A stretch of 64,000 nt of DNA from a virus (IMGVR_UViG_3300025429_000009:1-64000), one strand, 5' to 3'. Positions 47,811-57,224 are shown, counted from the stretch's first letter. Notes: generated by a model from the sequence alone, not told the origin. Numbers and translations are program-made.

Positions 47811-48500
47811 ATGAAACAGAATTACATTATGCCACCAAAGAAGACACCAGCTACACCAAAGCTTCAGGAAGTAACTGAGCCTACGTATGGTGAGCCAACC
47901 AAAGCACCAACTCGTGCCGATACACGTCGTGCTTCTGGCACTGGTAACAACATTGCCGAAGCAGTAGAGACCATGGAGAAGCTCAACGAGGTCCTCTACA
48001 TGAACGAGCTTGGTGAAGTACAGCCATTGTCTCCTGTACAGATCGACAACATCGCTGCTGAGTTTGTTGCAGTCCGTAAGGCCAAGGACATTGTTGAAGG
48101 CCGTGAGGCTGCTATCAAGAACTACTTGACCGAGGTCATCAACCTCAAGATCAGCATGGAAGGTGAAGACCCAGCAGCTACCAGTGGTTACCTCGTTAGC
48201 CCTGAGAATGGCGTCAAGCTTTCTAAGGAAGTCTCTGGTGGCAAGCTCACCGTTGACATCGACTTGCTCGAGCAGGTACTCGACGCTGACCAGTTCCGCT
48301 CAGTCGTTAACCTTGTTGAGACTCAGATCACCACTACTCGTCCTGACGGTAGCAAGGTGGTAGAAGTCAACAAAGCGTACGAGCTTAACGAAGAAGCACT
48401 CGAGAAGGAACTAAAGCTCGGCAACGTTGGTATGGAGCAGGTCGTCAAGGCAACCACCCCAGGTAAGGTTCGCTCAGCCTTCTATGTCCGAAGCCTCTAG
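47811..48500 (+). CDS. Hypothetical protein with strongly biased codons
   Basis: Coiled-coil segment plus beta C-terminus. Confidence 0.65.
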   Translation: MKQNYIMPPKKTPATPKLQEVTEPTYGEPTKAPTRADTRRASGTGNNIAEAVETMEKLNEVLYMNELGEVQPLSPVQIDNIAAEFVAVRKAKDIVEGREAAIKNYLTEVINLKISMEGEDPAATSGYLVSPENGVKLSKEVSGGKLTVDIDLLEQVLDADQFRSVVNLVETQITTTRPDGSKVVEVNKAYELNEEALEKELKLGNVGMEQVVKATTPGKVRSAFYVRSL

Positions 48501-48822
48501 GTATAAATTACCATTACGTGACGATGAGCCACTATTCTCAGTGGCTATGGCTGCAGCCTTCTTTGATGTGAGTGCTCACGCATTCAGACAGAAGGAACCA
48601 TACTTCATTGGCTACAATGGTGAACCACTAGAGATCACTAGGACAAGCGGTGGTAGGCGTAGGTATAGTCTGAATGACATACTTAAAATAGCTCATGCTT
48701 TGCGTAGAGCTAATAAGATGACAGACAGACAACTTCGCCTTATAATATTGCGGGTAGATGCATTCAAAGAACCAGTGAAGAAGCATCGTAAGAAATACAG
48801 AAAAGGAAACAATCCATTATGA
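48484..48822 (+). CDS. MerR-type winged HTH protein
   Basis: FSVAMAAAFFDVSAHAFR..RTSGGRRRYSLNDI. Confidence 0.75.
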   Translation: MSEASRYKLPLRDDEPLFSVAMAAAFFDVSAHAFRQKEPYFIGYNGEPLEITRTSGGRRRYSLNDILKIAHALRRANKMTDRQLRLIILRVDAFKEPVKKHRKKYRKGNNPL

Positions 48823-49769
48823 AGAAGTCAACACTGCTTCTATTCGATGGTCACAATGTATTCATTCGTAGCTTCAGTGGTTTGATGAGACAAGGGTTGA
48901 GTGCACCGGATGGTTCCGGAACATGGGGAGTGTTCGGTGCATTCAACGTAGTCTCTAGCCTTATCCGTAAGCATCAGCCATCGCATGTGATGATCGCTTT
49001 CGACAAGGGGCGTAGCGCCAAGCGTCTAGCAATCGACCCTGGGTACAAGGCTAACCGTGATAAAAAGCGTGAGAAGCCACAGCCCATGGAGAATGCTTTC
49101 TCTCAAGACTTTAAGCCACAGCTTGAATCATTCATGGCGCTATGTGCTATGAACGGTATTCCATACCTTCGGATCCAAGACGTAGAAGCTGACGACATCA
49201 TTGCTACGGCTGCGCTTAGGTTCTCACCTGTCTTTGACAAGGTAGTTATCGTCAGCGCAGATCACGACTTACATCAGTTGATTAGGCCAAACATATTTGT
49301 CGTGAAGCCAAGCATTAGCTATAAAGACATCAACGAAGAGGTGTACGACACGTCGACTGTCATGGATGAGTGGGGTGTGGAACCTTGGAGACTGCCAGAG
49401 ATTTGGTCTTTGATGGGAGATAAGGGTGACAATGTAAAGGGTATCCCAGGCATTGGCCCCAAGAAGGCAACCAAGCTCATAAGCGAGCACGGTGACTTGG
49501 ACACAGTACTTAACCTTGATGATCCTAAGATCTCCGAGCATGTAGACACGGTTCGATTGGCTAAACGCCTCATCGAGCTAAGCATTGATGAAGATTTGCC
49601 GTTCCCACCACTGGGCAACTTGCAGTTCAATCCAGTAGCACCAGGAGATCCTGGGGCAAAAGACATCGAGCTGGCTTATGATGCCCTTGGGTTCGCACAA
49701 ATTAAAGATCGTTGGAAGCACAGAAATCTGTGGGATGATGTCCCACACTTTGGTAAGAAGCTTAAATGA
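48819..49769 (+). CDS. 5'-3' exonuclease/flap endonuclease (Pol I N-terminal family)
   Basis: LFDGHN, AFDKG, YKANR, EADDIIA, SADHDL, GDKGDNVKGIPGIGPKKA. Confidence 0.93.
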   Translation: MKKSTLLLFDGHNVFIRSFSGLMRQGLSAPDGSGTWGVFGAFNVVSSLIRKHQPSHVMIAFDKGRSAKRLAIDPGYKANRDKKREKPQPMENAFSQDFKPQLESFMALCAMNGIPYLRIQDVEADDIIATAALRFSPVFDKVVIVSADHDLHQLIRPNIFVVKPSISYKDINEEVYDTSTVMDEWGVEPWRLPEIWSLMGDKGDNVKGIPGIGPKKATKLISEHGDLDTVLNLDDPKISEHVDTVRLAKRLIELSIDEDLPFPPLGNLQFNPVAPGDPGAKDIELAYDALGFAQIKDRWKHRNLWDDVPHFGKKLK

Positions 49770-50839
49770 GCAGATGGATAATCAACCCTGAAGTCGATAT
49801 GGTCAGCACGCTGGCACAGTACGGTCGATTCCTGGAAAATGATTATCGTATGATCATCGAGCATCTAATCATCCCACAGGTATTTGAAGAGTATACAGAG
49901 AAGACAAACCGCAAGTTTGTAATCGTAGGTGCTAAAGACAGTCCATGGATACTTGCTAAGAGTGCTTACTTGTGCCTAAAGCTTGCTGGTCCAGATAGTG
50001 TTGTGGTCAAGACACCGAACCTGGATGAAAGCTTTATGGTTCAAAACGTTCTCGAGTACCACGCCGATGATGTTCGCTACAAAGTATTTGTGTCACAGCA
50101 TGACGAGATCAAGCTCAGCAACGAATGGCGAGAAGAGGTAGAAAACGCCACTGACATCATAGTGTTTGGCAGCAAGAACGCCATGGAAGCCTTCCGTGAA
50201 TACGAGATGGTTGACCGTAGGGTGTGGGAGCACGGGTACCGTTTCAGCTTTGGCATTGTGCAAGAAGAACATCTCACCGCTAGCACCATAAACAATATTT
50301 GTTTTGATTTCTTTTCGTTCTACGGCGAAGGGAGCCTAGCTCCAAAGTTTTATTTTGTTGTTGGCAAGCTAAAAAAGAAGATAGCTAACCAGTTCAGTAA
50401 AAACATGAGAGCAATTTATGGTAGCTTGATTAAAGAGTACCGTGAGAAGCTGCCGCTTACCAGAAAAAGCGAGCTCACTGAGCAGATGATCAATAGTGAT
50501 TATGCTGCAAAGTTTGTACGCATCAACGATTTGCATGACGATGAGCTGTTTGATACACTCTACGGAGACATTAGGCTGGTGCCCGTTGATGACATGGAAA
50601 GCGTTGAGAATTTCATCAACAAACATAGGGATAACATCAGCACCGTCGCCATTAACATTGACGACGATGTAAAGACTCTAGACCTACTAGAGGAAAAAAT
50701 GATCGTAAGAATCTGTGACATTGGTAGTATGCAATTCCCAGATTTTTTTGAGCAGTACGACAACGTAGATGACTACAACATTTACGTTGGCGAAGAAGAA
50801 GAGGACATCGCTTCTATACAGGGCGATGATTTTATATAA
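49766..50839 (+). CDS. LuxC/acyl-CoA reductase-like (ALDH-fold) protein with an altered active site
   Basis: VVVK, DIIVFGS..AM..FR, HGYRFSFGIV, DFFSFYGEGSLAP, ISTV, RICDIGSMQFP..YD. Confidence 0.65.
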   Translation: MSRWIINPEVDMVSTLAQYGRFLENDYRMIIEHLIIPQVFEEYTEKTNRKFVIVGAKDSPWILAKSAYLCLKLAGPDSVVVKTPNLDESFMVQNVLEYHADDVRYKVFVSQHDEIKLSNEWREEVENATDIIVFGSKNAMEAFREYEMVDRRVWEHGYRFSFGIVQEEHLTASTINNICFDFFSFYGEGSLAPKFYFVVGKLKKKIANQFSKNMRAIYGSLIKEYREKLPLTRKSELTEQMINSDYAAKFVRINDLHDDELFDTLYGDIRLVPVDDMESVENFINKHRDNISTVAINIDDDVKTLDLLEEKMIVRICDIGSMQFPDFFEQYDNVDDYNIYVGEEEEDIASIQGDDFI

Positions 50840-50848
50840 GGAAGAGAT

Positions 50849-51145
50849 ATGTTGTTAGCAGATAAACGACGTTCAAACTATGTCAATATGATTGAACGGT
50901 GGTCTGATAGCACTCGCTTTAAAGTGTTCTTGACGATCGCTTTTTCAATAGGTGTTATTATCGTACTACCGTTGATCGTGTTGTTTAGTCCGTTCATAAT
51001 TGCTTGGGATCTCGCGGGTGCTTTCATCCAGAAGATCAACAGCAAAGCACATGAAGAAAATAAGCTTGACTTCAGTGAGTTCTTGAACAAGACAAACAAG
51101 TGGGATAAGATTAATTTTGGGTTCAACTCCTGGAAAGATGAATAA
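50849..51145 (+). CDS. Membrane protein
   Basis: Long hydrophobic stretch. Confidence 0.6.
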   Translation: MLLADKRRSNYVNMIERWSDSTRFKVFLTIAFSIGVIIVLPLIVLFSPFIIAWDLAGAFIQKINSKAHEENKLDFSEFLNKTNKWDKINFGFNSWKDE

Positions 51146-51517
51146 ATGGATAAGTTAGCACAGACCGGTGAAGTAATGTTTGAAAGAAACATTGCTATTA
51201 TTGCGAGTAGAAAGCAAGAAGTACAAGTTTTCAGCGATGAATTCGTGTATGAAGGGTTCGTATGTGGCCTAGACGATGGATGGTTGCAGATATACGGCCA
51301 CGAGGAGAACGACAGAGACAACACTGATACACAGTGGCGTTTCCTTCTCATCGGTAAGCACAAGATCTCAGCTGTTGGTCCGACAGGGCGTGGTTTGCAC
51401 GACTATGATGACGTTACTAGAGAATGGATTACCAAGAAGATTCAGATCTTCTCGGATATTTGTGAAAAGTTCCTTGCAGCGAGAGGTATCAAGAGTGATA
51501 GAAGAGAAAAGCTTTGA
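51146..51517 (+). CDS. Sm-fold/Hfq-like protein
   Basis: Helix, then RKQEVQVF..YEGFVCGLDDGWLQI (Sm1-like) and LLIGKHKISAVGP (Sm2-like). Confidence 0.55.
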   Translation: MDKLAQTGEVMFERNIAIIASRKQEVQVFSDEFVYEGFVCGLDDGWLQIYGHEENDRDNTDTQWRFLLIGKHKISAVGPTGRGLHDYDDVTREWITKKIQIFSDICEKFLAARGIKSDRREKL

Positions 51518-51959
51518 TGGTCCACTATCGAACTACGACGATGACAGCTATGACGAAGTCGTAGAGGTAGTACCAGCTCAGAGCAAAGAAGACCTTGTTA
51601 AGGAGCTCGACCTCACTAGGGCCGACACCAAAGAGTTGCTGATGTACTTTTGCACTAGGTTCAAAGAGACCCATGGGTACGACTACAACGTAGAATGGGT
51701 CAAAGAGATGGCTATACTTAAGTCCTTCAAGGAACGTTACGGTGCAGACTCGGGTCCAATGATTAAGCTCTTGTTCGATAAGCGCAAGGGTAAGGTCAAC
51801 GACCAGGTGATGACAATCACAGCTTTTAGCAAGGGTAGTAAGTGGATTCAAGATACGCTGTATATTGAACTCCAGCAAGACAAGATCAAAGAAGAAAACC
51901 GACCAAGTTCAGAAGGGTTAATGAGTACAGATGACTTCCTTAAACGATTCGCTGTTTGA
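51495..51959 (+). CDS. Replication-associated helical protein (initiator/loader partner)
   Basis: GTG51495 with GAGAGG SD; overlaps the DnaC-like gene. Confidence 0.55.
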   Translation: MIEEKSFDGPLSNYDDDSYDEVVEVVPAQSKEDLVKELDLTRADTKELLMYFCTRFKETHGYDYNVEWVKEMAILKSFKERYGADSGPMIKLLFDKRKGKVNDQVMTITAFSKGSKWIQDTLYIELQQDKIKEENRPSSEGLMSTDDFLKRFAV

Positions 51960-52731
51960 TTGGCATAAAGACTACGTCAATCTTAAGTATGAGTTTCTAG
52001 ACGACGACGAGATCGACTACCTAGAACAGAAGTACCCACAGTTTGAGTCATTCAATAAGCGTGGTTGCCCAACGTGTGAAGACCACACGTGCGGTGACTG
52101 CAAGACACAGCTCCAGTTGTACAAGCACTACCTGCGTGCAGGCATCGGCCTGAACTACCAGAAGCTTGACTGGACTGACTTCAACGGTGACGAGAAGGCA
52201 TCCGACCTCGCTCGCATCTACCTGGGGCAGCACAAGGACTTTGTCAAGGGTGGCATGGGTCTCTTGTACCACGGCACATGGGGTACTGGTAAGACGTTGC
52301 TCACCAGTCTTATCGCCAAGGAGCTTGTCAAGCTGGGCTACAAGGTATACTTCGCCACGTTCACCCAAATGGTTGACGAGTTCACTCGTGGGTGGGGTAG
52401 CAACGATGACAAGGCACGCTTTGAGAGCAAAGTCGTTAAAAGCGACGTGTTCTTCTTGGACGACATTGGTAAGGAGTTCCGCACCAAGAACAACCTGAGC
52501 GAAGCAACCTTTGACCACGTGCTGCGTCAGCGTGCATTGGACAACCGCCCAACGTTCATCACCACAAACATGACGATTAACGAGTTGAACGAAGGGTATG
52601 GTAGTGCTATCTTCTCATTGCTCAAGGAACGCATGATTGTGCACGAGATGACTGGCATCGACTACCGTGAGTATGCAAGAGACCGAACGCTTGATGAAAT
52701 CAAGAGTGGTTTAGTACGTAAGATTATCTAA
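51931..52731 (+). CDS. DnaC/IstB-like AAA+ helicase loader
   Basis: CPTC..CGDC, GTWGTGKT, FFLDDIGKE, PTFITTN, DYR. Confidence 0.88.
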   Translation: MTSLNDSLFDWHKDYVNLKYEFLDDDEIDYLEQKYPQFESFNKRGCPTCEDHTCGDCKTQLQLYKHYLRAGIGLNYQKLDWTDFNGDEKASDLARIYLGQHKDFVKGGMGLLYHGTWGTGKTLLTSLIAKELVKLGYKVYFATFTQMVDEFTRGWGSNDDKARFESKVVKSDVFFLDDIGKEFRTKNNLSEATFDHVLRQRALDNRPTFITTNMTINELNEGYGSAIFSLLKERMIVHEMTGIDYREYARDRTLDEIKSGLVRKII

Positions 52732-52745
52732 CAGAAAGTAAGAAG

Positions 52746-54029
52746 ATGGACATTGAAAAGTCATTAGTAAAGCATTTTGCCGACCTCGAAAGCTTCAACG
52801 TAATCTGGAACAAGGGTATCCGTAGTGAGCACTTCTTTGACCCGGGTGTGCGTGAGATCTTCGACTACAGCCTTGACTACTACGTACGTAGCGAGTTCAA
52901 GCAGACAGTAGACCAGGACTTCCTGGAGACCAAGTTCGATGATTACTTTGCTCGGAACGAGTGGCCACAAGAGAGCTACCTGGTGGATGTTCTTGTGGAA
53001 GAGATGGTTGCTAAGTACCGCAAGGCAACCACGCAAAGCGTACTGCTCAAGGCAGCTAACGCACTAGACACTGACCCCGAGGAAGGCATTGCCATTGCGC
53101 TCAACAGCCTCTCAAAGATTCAGCACGACACTAGTACTCGTGAACGTATTGAAATCTATGGTGAGGGTTACGAACGCCGTGTGAACGACTACATCGATGA
53201 GATCGCTAACCCCATGCGAGACAAGAAGGGTATCTACCTGGGCTGGGACCAGCTCAATGACCACATGTATGGCATCCAGAAGGGTGAGCTTGCTGTGGTC
53301 GTAGGTATCCCCAACGTGGGTAAGTCGTGGGTGGGTTCAGTCATCGCTCTAGAAGCAGCACGCCGAAAGAACAAAGTGTACTTCGCATCACTGGAGCTCC
53401 GTAAGGAACTGACGTTGATGCGCTTGGACTGTCTCGCCAGTGGTGTACCATACAGTCGTTACGAGCGTGGCCAGCTGACACCGAATGAGCTCAAGCGTCT
53501 CAAGGAAGCACGTGAAGAGATCATGGAGTTCGGTGAGTACCTACTCATTGACTCGCCTAGCAAGAAGTCTGAGCGTAGTGTCATGGAGCTGTACTCCAAG
53601 GCTAAGCACTGGGGTGCTGACCTCATGGTCGGTGACCAGCTGTCGTGGATCACCAGCGAGAAAAACTTTGGTTCCTCAAGCAATTACCAGTCGCTCCAGA
53701 TGGCTGAAGTTATCAACGACGTTGCGTCTACCAACCGTGAAATGGGCATGGCTTCTGTATGGCTAGCTCAGTTCAACCGTGAAGCAACCAAGAGCAAGAA
53801 GGGCCGTGGTGGTCTGGGCAACATTGGGCTAAGCTCTCAGGTCGAGCAGGTCGTTGACATTGCTCTGGGTATTGGTGCTACAGCTGAGATGAAGCGCCAA
53901 GAGGCCCTGGTCATGGACATCATGAAGTCTCGTCGTAGTGACCTCAAGTCATGGATGATGGGGTTCGAGTTGCGCGACCGTACCAGTTTGAGTATTGTTA
54001 GAGAGTACGAAGAAGCAAGTGGAGAGTAA
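52746..54029 (+). CDS. dnaB: DnaB-like replicative helicase
   Basis: GIPNVGKS, FASLE, GDQLS, LAQFNR, KSR. Confidence 0.88.
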   Translation: MDIEKSLVKHFADLESFNVIWNKGIRSEHFFDPGVREIFDYSLDYYVRSEFKQTVDQDFLETKFDDYFARNEWPQESYLVDVLVEEMVAKYRKATTQSVLLKAANALDTDPEEGIAIALNSLSKIQHDTSTRERIEIYGEGYERRVNDYIDEIANPMRDKKGIYLGWDQLNDHMYGIQKGELAVVVGIPNVGKSWVGSVIALEAARRKNKVYFASLELRKELTLMRLDCLASGVPYSRYERGQLTPNELKRLKEAREEIMEFGEYLLIDSPSKKSERSVMELYSKAKHWGADLMVGDQLSWITSEKNFGSSSNYQSLQMAEVINDVASTNREMGMASVWLAQFNREATKSKKGRGGLGNIGLSSQVEQVVDIALGIGATAEMKRQEALVMDIMKSRRSDLKSWMMGFELRDRTSLSIVREYEEASGE

Positions 54030-54031
54030 GT

Positions 54032-54460
54032 ATGCAAACATTCGTCCCGTACGCAGACTTTAAGGAGTCTGCTCGAGTACTAGACCGTCAACGTCTTGGT
54101 AAGCAGCGCGTAGAAACGTTGCAAGTCATGAAGGCGCTTAACGACCCCGCCTACGGCTGGAATAATCACCCAGCTGTAAAGATGTGGCGTGGTCACCGTG
54201 GAGCTTTGATGCAATACCAGCGTGCTATCTGCGATGAATGGACATCACGTGGCTACAAAGATACATGCCTTGAGAAGACAGAGGCTTTGGTAGTAGAAAT
54301 CCCATCTTCAGAATGGGAGCAGCCAGCATGGCTAGGCAACTATGCACTGCACGAAAGTCACCGTAGCAACTTGACACGTAAAATGCCAGAGTGGTATGGT
54401 CAGTTCTGGGATGAGCCAAATGACCTTCCCTATGTATGGCCAGAGGAGGAACTGGTATGA
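54032..54460 (+). CDS. Pyrimidine-dimer DNA glycosylase family protein (MSMEG_6728-like)
   Basis: MQTFVPY..SARVLDRQRLGKQRVETLQ, HPAVKMWRG, HESHRSNL. Confidence 0.85.
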   Translation: MQTFVPYADFKESARVLDRQRLGKQRVETLQVMKALNDPAYGWNNHPAVKMWRGHRGALMQYQRAICDEWTSRGYKDTCLEKTEALVVEIPSSEWEQPAWLGNYALHESHRSNLTRKMPEWYGQFWDEPNDLPYVWPEEELV

Positions 54461-54741
54461 TTGTTTGTTCAGATTGTTTGCAACCTGTAGGGCTACACAA
54501 AGACACTAGTAACTATTACCATTTGCCGCCAATGAAAGATCACTGTGATGTGAGTTTTGTTTTCGGTCTCGACATTGGTAAAACTCCTAAGGGAACAGTC
54601 AAGATCATGAGAGAGATGGCAGAAGAAACCAACGAACTCTCAGAGCGCATTGATCGTGCCATCCTTTATCTAAAGAACAAAGACTATGATGATGCTCTTG
54701 CAGTGCTCCAAGACAACTGGGACGATTTAGAAGATGAGTAG
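54457..54741 (+). CDS. Hypothetical Zn-binding protein
   Basis: GAGGAGG SD; CSDC..H..C. Confidence 0.55.
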   Translation: MIVCSDCLQPVGLHKDTSNYYHLPPMKDHCDVSFVFGLDIGKTPKGTVKIMREMAEETNELSERIDRAILYLKNKDYDDALAVLQDNWDDLEDE

Positions 54742-54756
54742 ATTCAAGGAGTTCAA

Positions 54757-54909
54757 ATGACTCGTGAACAGTTACATGAGAAGCACCATCCACTCTTCCA
54801 GAACCAGGGTAGAGTTGGCGTAGTTAATTACTGTGTAGGGTGTAAAGGACCCAACGGCACACTGATCAATCTGTGGCCGTGTGATGTGATAAGGGCATTA
54901 GATGCTTAG
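54757..54909 (+). CDS. 50-aa H.P..CxxC..WPC protein absent from the ORF track
   Basis: AAGGAG SD; motif typical of small actinophage proteins. Confidence 0.6.
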   Translation: MTREQLHEKHHPLFQNQGRVGVVNYCVGCKGPNGTLINLWPCDVIRALDA

Positions 54910-55072
54910 GGTAAGACATTACAACGTTAGAAAGCGTCGTTACCCTGACATGACAAAGCGTTACGGCATTGTTTATGCAAAGCCTAGGCGCTTACCACGA
55001 AGCGTCGATATCTACGTACGCAACCACGTATGGTCATTCTGGTCGGAAAAGATAAAGAAAGCATGGGATTAA
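54902..55072 (+). CDS. 56-aa basic protein absent from the ORF track
   Basis: Overlap-coupled; fills the gap. Confidence 0.45.
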   Translation: MLRVRHYNVRKRRYPDMTKRYGIVYAKPRRLPRSVDIYVRNHVWSFWSEKIKKAWD

Positions 55073-55236
55073 TGATGCGTAAGAATGAACAAGGTTTCTG
55101 GGAGTGTAGACTACCCATCAACCCAATGAAGCACCCAAGTAAGCTGCATGAGCAGGCATTGAGCGACCTCAGCCCAAGAGACCGTGAGCTCATGGAAAAC
55201 ATTAAGGACGACTTGAAATGGCTGAAGGACAACTAA
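55072..55236 (+). CDS. Hypothetical protein
   Basis: TAATG coupling. Confidence 0.45.
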   Translation: MMRKNEQGFWECRLPINPMKHPSKLHEQALSDLSPRDRELMENIKDDLKWLKDN

Positions 55237-56234
55237 AGGAGATCTTCGCAGGTCTCGATGTTCACGTAGTACTCCAGGAGATGCTGGGCGTGGGTGAAAT
55301 CGTGGAGAGTGGTGACGAATATATCCACTCATGCCCACTGCCCTTTGGCAACCACCGCAATGGGGATAAGAACCCCAGCGCAAGTCTTAACAAAGAAACA
55401 CTACTCTTCAACTGCTTTACCTGCGGTGGTGGGTCAGTCATCTGGCTAGTCCAGCACTGCCTCGAAATCACCCGTGAAGAAGCAATCGCAATGCTCAAGA
55501 ATGAGGTGATGGGGCTATCCCTCATTGCCATCGAAGACTTCATCAAGCGTCTAGAAAGCGTCTTTGAGCCCTGCCACCCAGAGAACCTGGAGATACCTGT
55601 CTACAGTGACACGCTACTCAAGCGGTGGGAAGGTACATGCGATTACTTGACCAACAGAGGGGTCTCAGAGGCCGTACAGCGGTCGATGCGCACGGGGGTG
55701 GAAACACGCTCCGAATTTTCAAAATCCTTGACAGGAGAGCATATGGTGACCCTCGATAGGGTCATCCTGCCACACTTCATGAACGGCAAGCTCGTAGGGT
55801 GGGTAGCTCGCAAGATTCAAGAGATCGATGGGGTTCCCAAGTACCGTAATTCCAAAGGGTTCCCACGTGGGGCATGGTTGTATAATTTGGACAACGCCCG
55901 TGCGTACGACGAGGTGTACGTTGTTGAGAGTCCTATGAGCGTGCTCGTGCTGAAGAGTAGAGGAATTGACAATGTGGTGGCCACGTTCGGCGCAAAGGTC
56001 GATAAACAGCAGCTCAACCTGCTCCGCAATTTTTCAAAGGTCAATGTCTTTATGGACGGTGATAACCCTGGTCGGATGGCGACGGAGCACATTACGCAAG
56101 AGCTACAAAATTATACAAAAATTGGTGTAATTTTGACACCGGACGACGAAGATCCTGCTACACTGTTGTCTGTGCCTAGCACAATAAGTTCTTTTGAGTA
56201 CCAGTTACAGCACTGCTTGACTCGCAGTAGTTAG
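55218..56234 (+). CDS. dnaG: DNA primase (CHC2 Zn finger plus TOPRIM)
   Basis: CPLPFGNH..D..PS, FNCFTCG, YL..RG, VVES, DGDNPG, DPA. Confidence 0.88.
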   Translation: MAEGQLKEIFAGLDVHVVLQEMLGVGEIVESGDEYIHSCPLPFGNHRNGDKNPSASLNKETLLFNCFTCGGGSVIWLVQHCLEITREEAIAMLKNEVMGLSLIAIEDFIKRLESVFEPCHPENLEIPVYSDTLLKRWEGTCDYLTNRGVSEAVQRSMRTGVETRSEFSKSLTGEHMVTLDRVILPHFMNGKLVGWVARKIQEIDGVPKYRNSKGFPRGAWLYNLDNARAYDEVYVVESPMSVLVLKSRGIDNVVATFGAKVDKQQLNLLRNFSKVNVFMDGDNPGRMATEHITQELQNYTKIGVILTPDDEDPATLLSVPSTISSFEYQLQHCLTRSS

Positions 56235-56246
56235 AGCTGCTACACT
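56217..56246 (+). promoter_or_regulatory. Promoter TTGACT-N18-TACACT with extended TG, upstream of the SSB gene
   Basis: -35 at 56217-222, -10 at 56241-246; a second TGCTACACT lies at 56156-164. Confidence 0.65.
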
Positions 56247-56309
56247 CATAAGAAGCAGTAACAAACACCAAAACCACAGCCCTAGGGCTTCTAACAGAAA
56301 GTAACTACA

Positions 56310-57134
56310 ATGGCATTAGCAAAAGGCATGGCTGCCGTAAAGGCCAGTATCGAGCGTTCCCAGCAGGGTGGCTCGGGTCCTAAGACGTACGACCAGACCA
56401 ACTGGTTCTACTGGACCGCAGGAGAGGCCAAGGCCCTCCGTTTCCTCACGGACTCAAACGACATCTTCGTTGTTCCAGTTCACGAGAATGTTCCTACGCA
56501 CGACGGTAAGAAGAAGACATTTGTCTGCCGTTCGGTGTTCGACGCTGCTTGTGAGCTTTGCGCTCGTGAGAAGGGTGCCCCTGGTGCCTACCGTCGTGAC
56601 GTGGGCTACGGCGTTGCCGTGCTCCGCGAAGAAGTAAAGGTTGACGGTAAGACCACTGGCTACCGTGACGTGACTTCAGAGTACACGGACACTGTTGACG
56701 GTAAGGTTGTCACCAAGAAGAAGCCGTACGTGGGTATTATTGCCCAGGGTATGCGCAACTTCTGGAACCAGATTGCTGTCATCTCGGAGAAGTACGGCTC
56801 ACTGCGTGACCGTGAGATTGAGATCCTGCGACAGGGTGCCGGTACCGACACGACTTACATGGCGTTCGCTTTGCCCGAGAAGGAGATCGAGAACATCGAC
56901 ACTCGCTACGCAAAGTTCATGCCGGACGTCGAAGCGTTCCTCAACCGTATTGGTAGTGAAGAGTACTACCAGGCACAGCTGCACGGTATCGTGAAGCCTA
57001 AGGCCAACGGTGTTGCATCAAACAGCACCAACTCTTCTTTCAGCGATGACGACGAGTACGCTGAAGACGAGTACGTCTCTATTGATGAAGAGACGACTGC
57101 TGACCGCCTCAAGCGTAAGCTGGCTGCTCAGTAA
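56310..57134 (+). CDS. Single-stranded DNA-binding protein (gp32-like, Zn-binding, acidic tail)
   Basis: LRFL, H..C..CELC, RQGAGTDTTY, acidic C-terminus; between primase and polymerase. Confidence 0.75.
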   Translation: MALAKGMAAVKASIERSQQGGSGPKTYDQTNWFYWTAGEAKALRFLTDSNDIFVVPVHENVPTHDGKKKTFVCRSVFDAACELCAREKGAPGAYRRDVGYGVAVLREEVKVDGKTTGYRDVTSEYTDTVDGKVVTKKKPYVGIIAQGMRNFWNQIAVISEKYGSLRDREIEILRQGAGTDTTYMAFALPEKEIENIDTRYAKFMPDVEAFLNRIGSEEYYQAQLHGIVKPKANGVASNSTNSSFSDDDEYAEDEYVSIDEETTADRLKRKLAAQ

Positions 57135-57169
57135 CAAGTTTGCTTAATACCCTCCTCAGGTAAGCAAAT

Positions 57170-57224
57170 GACTGGTACACCCAGGGTGTTCTTGATGACA
57201 CTCTGCACCCTGGGTGTGCTAGTC
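57170..57224 (+). terminator. 19-bp stem hairpin between the SSB gene and dnaE
   Basis: GACTGGTACACCCAGGGTG pairs with CACCCTGGGTGTGCTAGTC with two G-U pairs. Confidence 0.65.
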
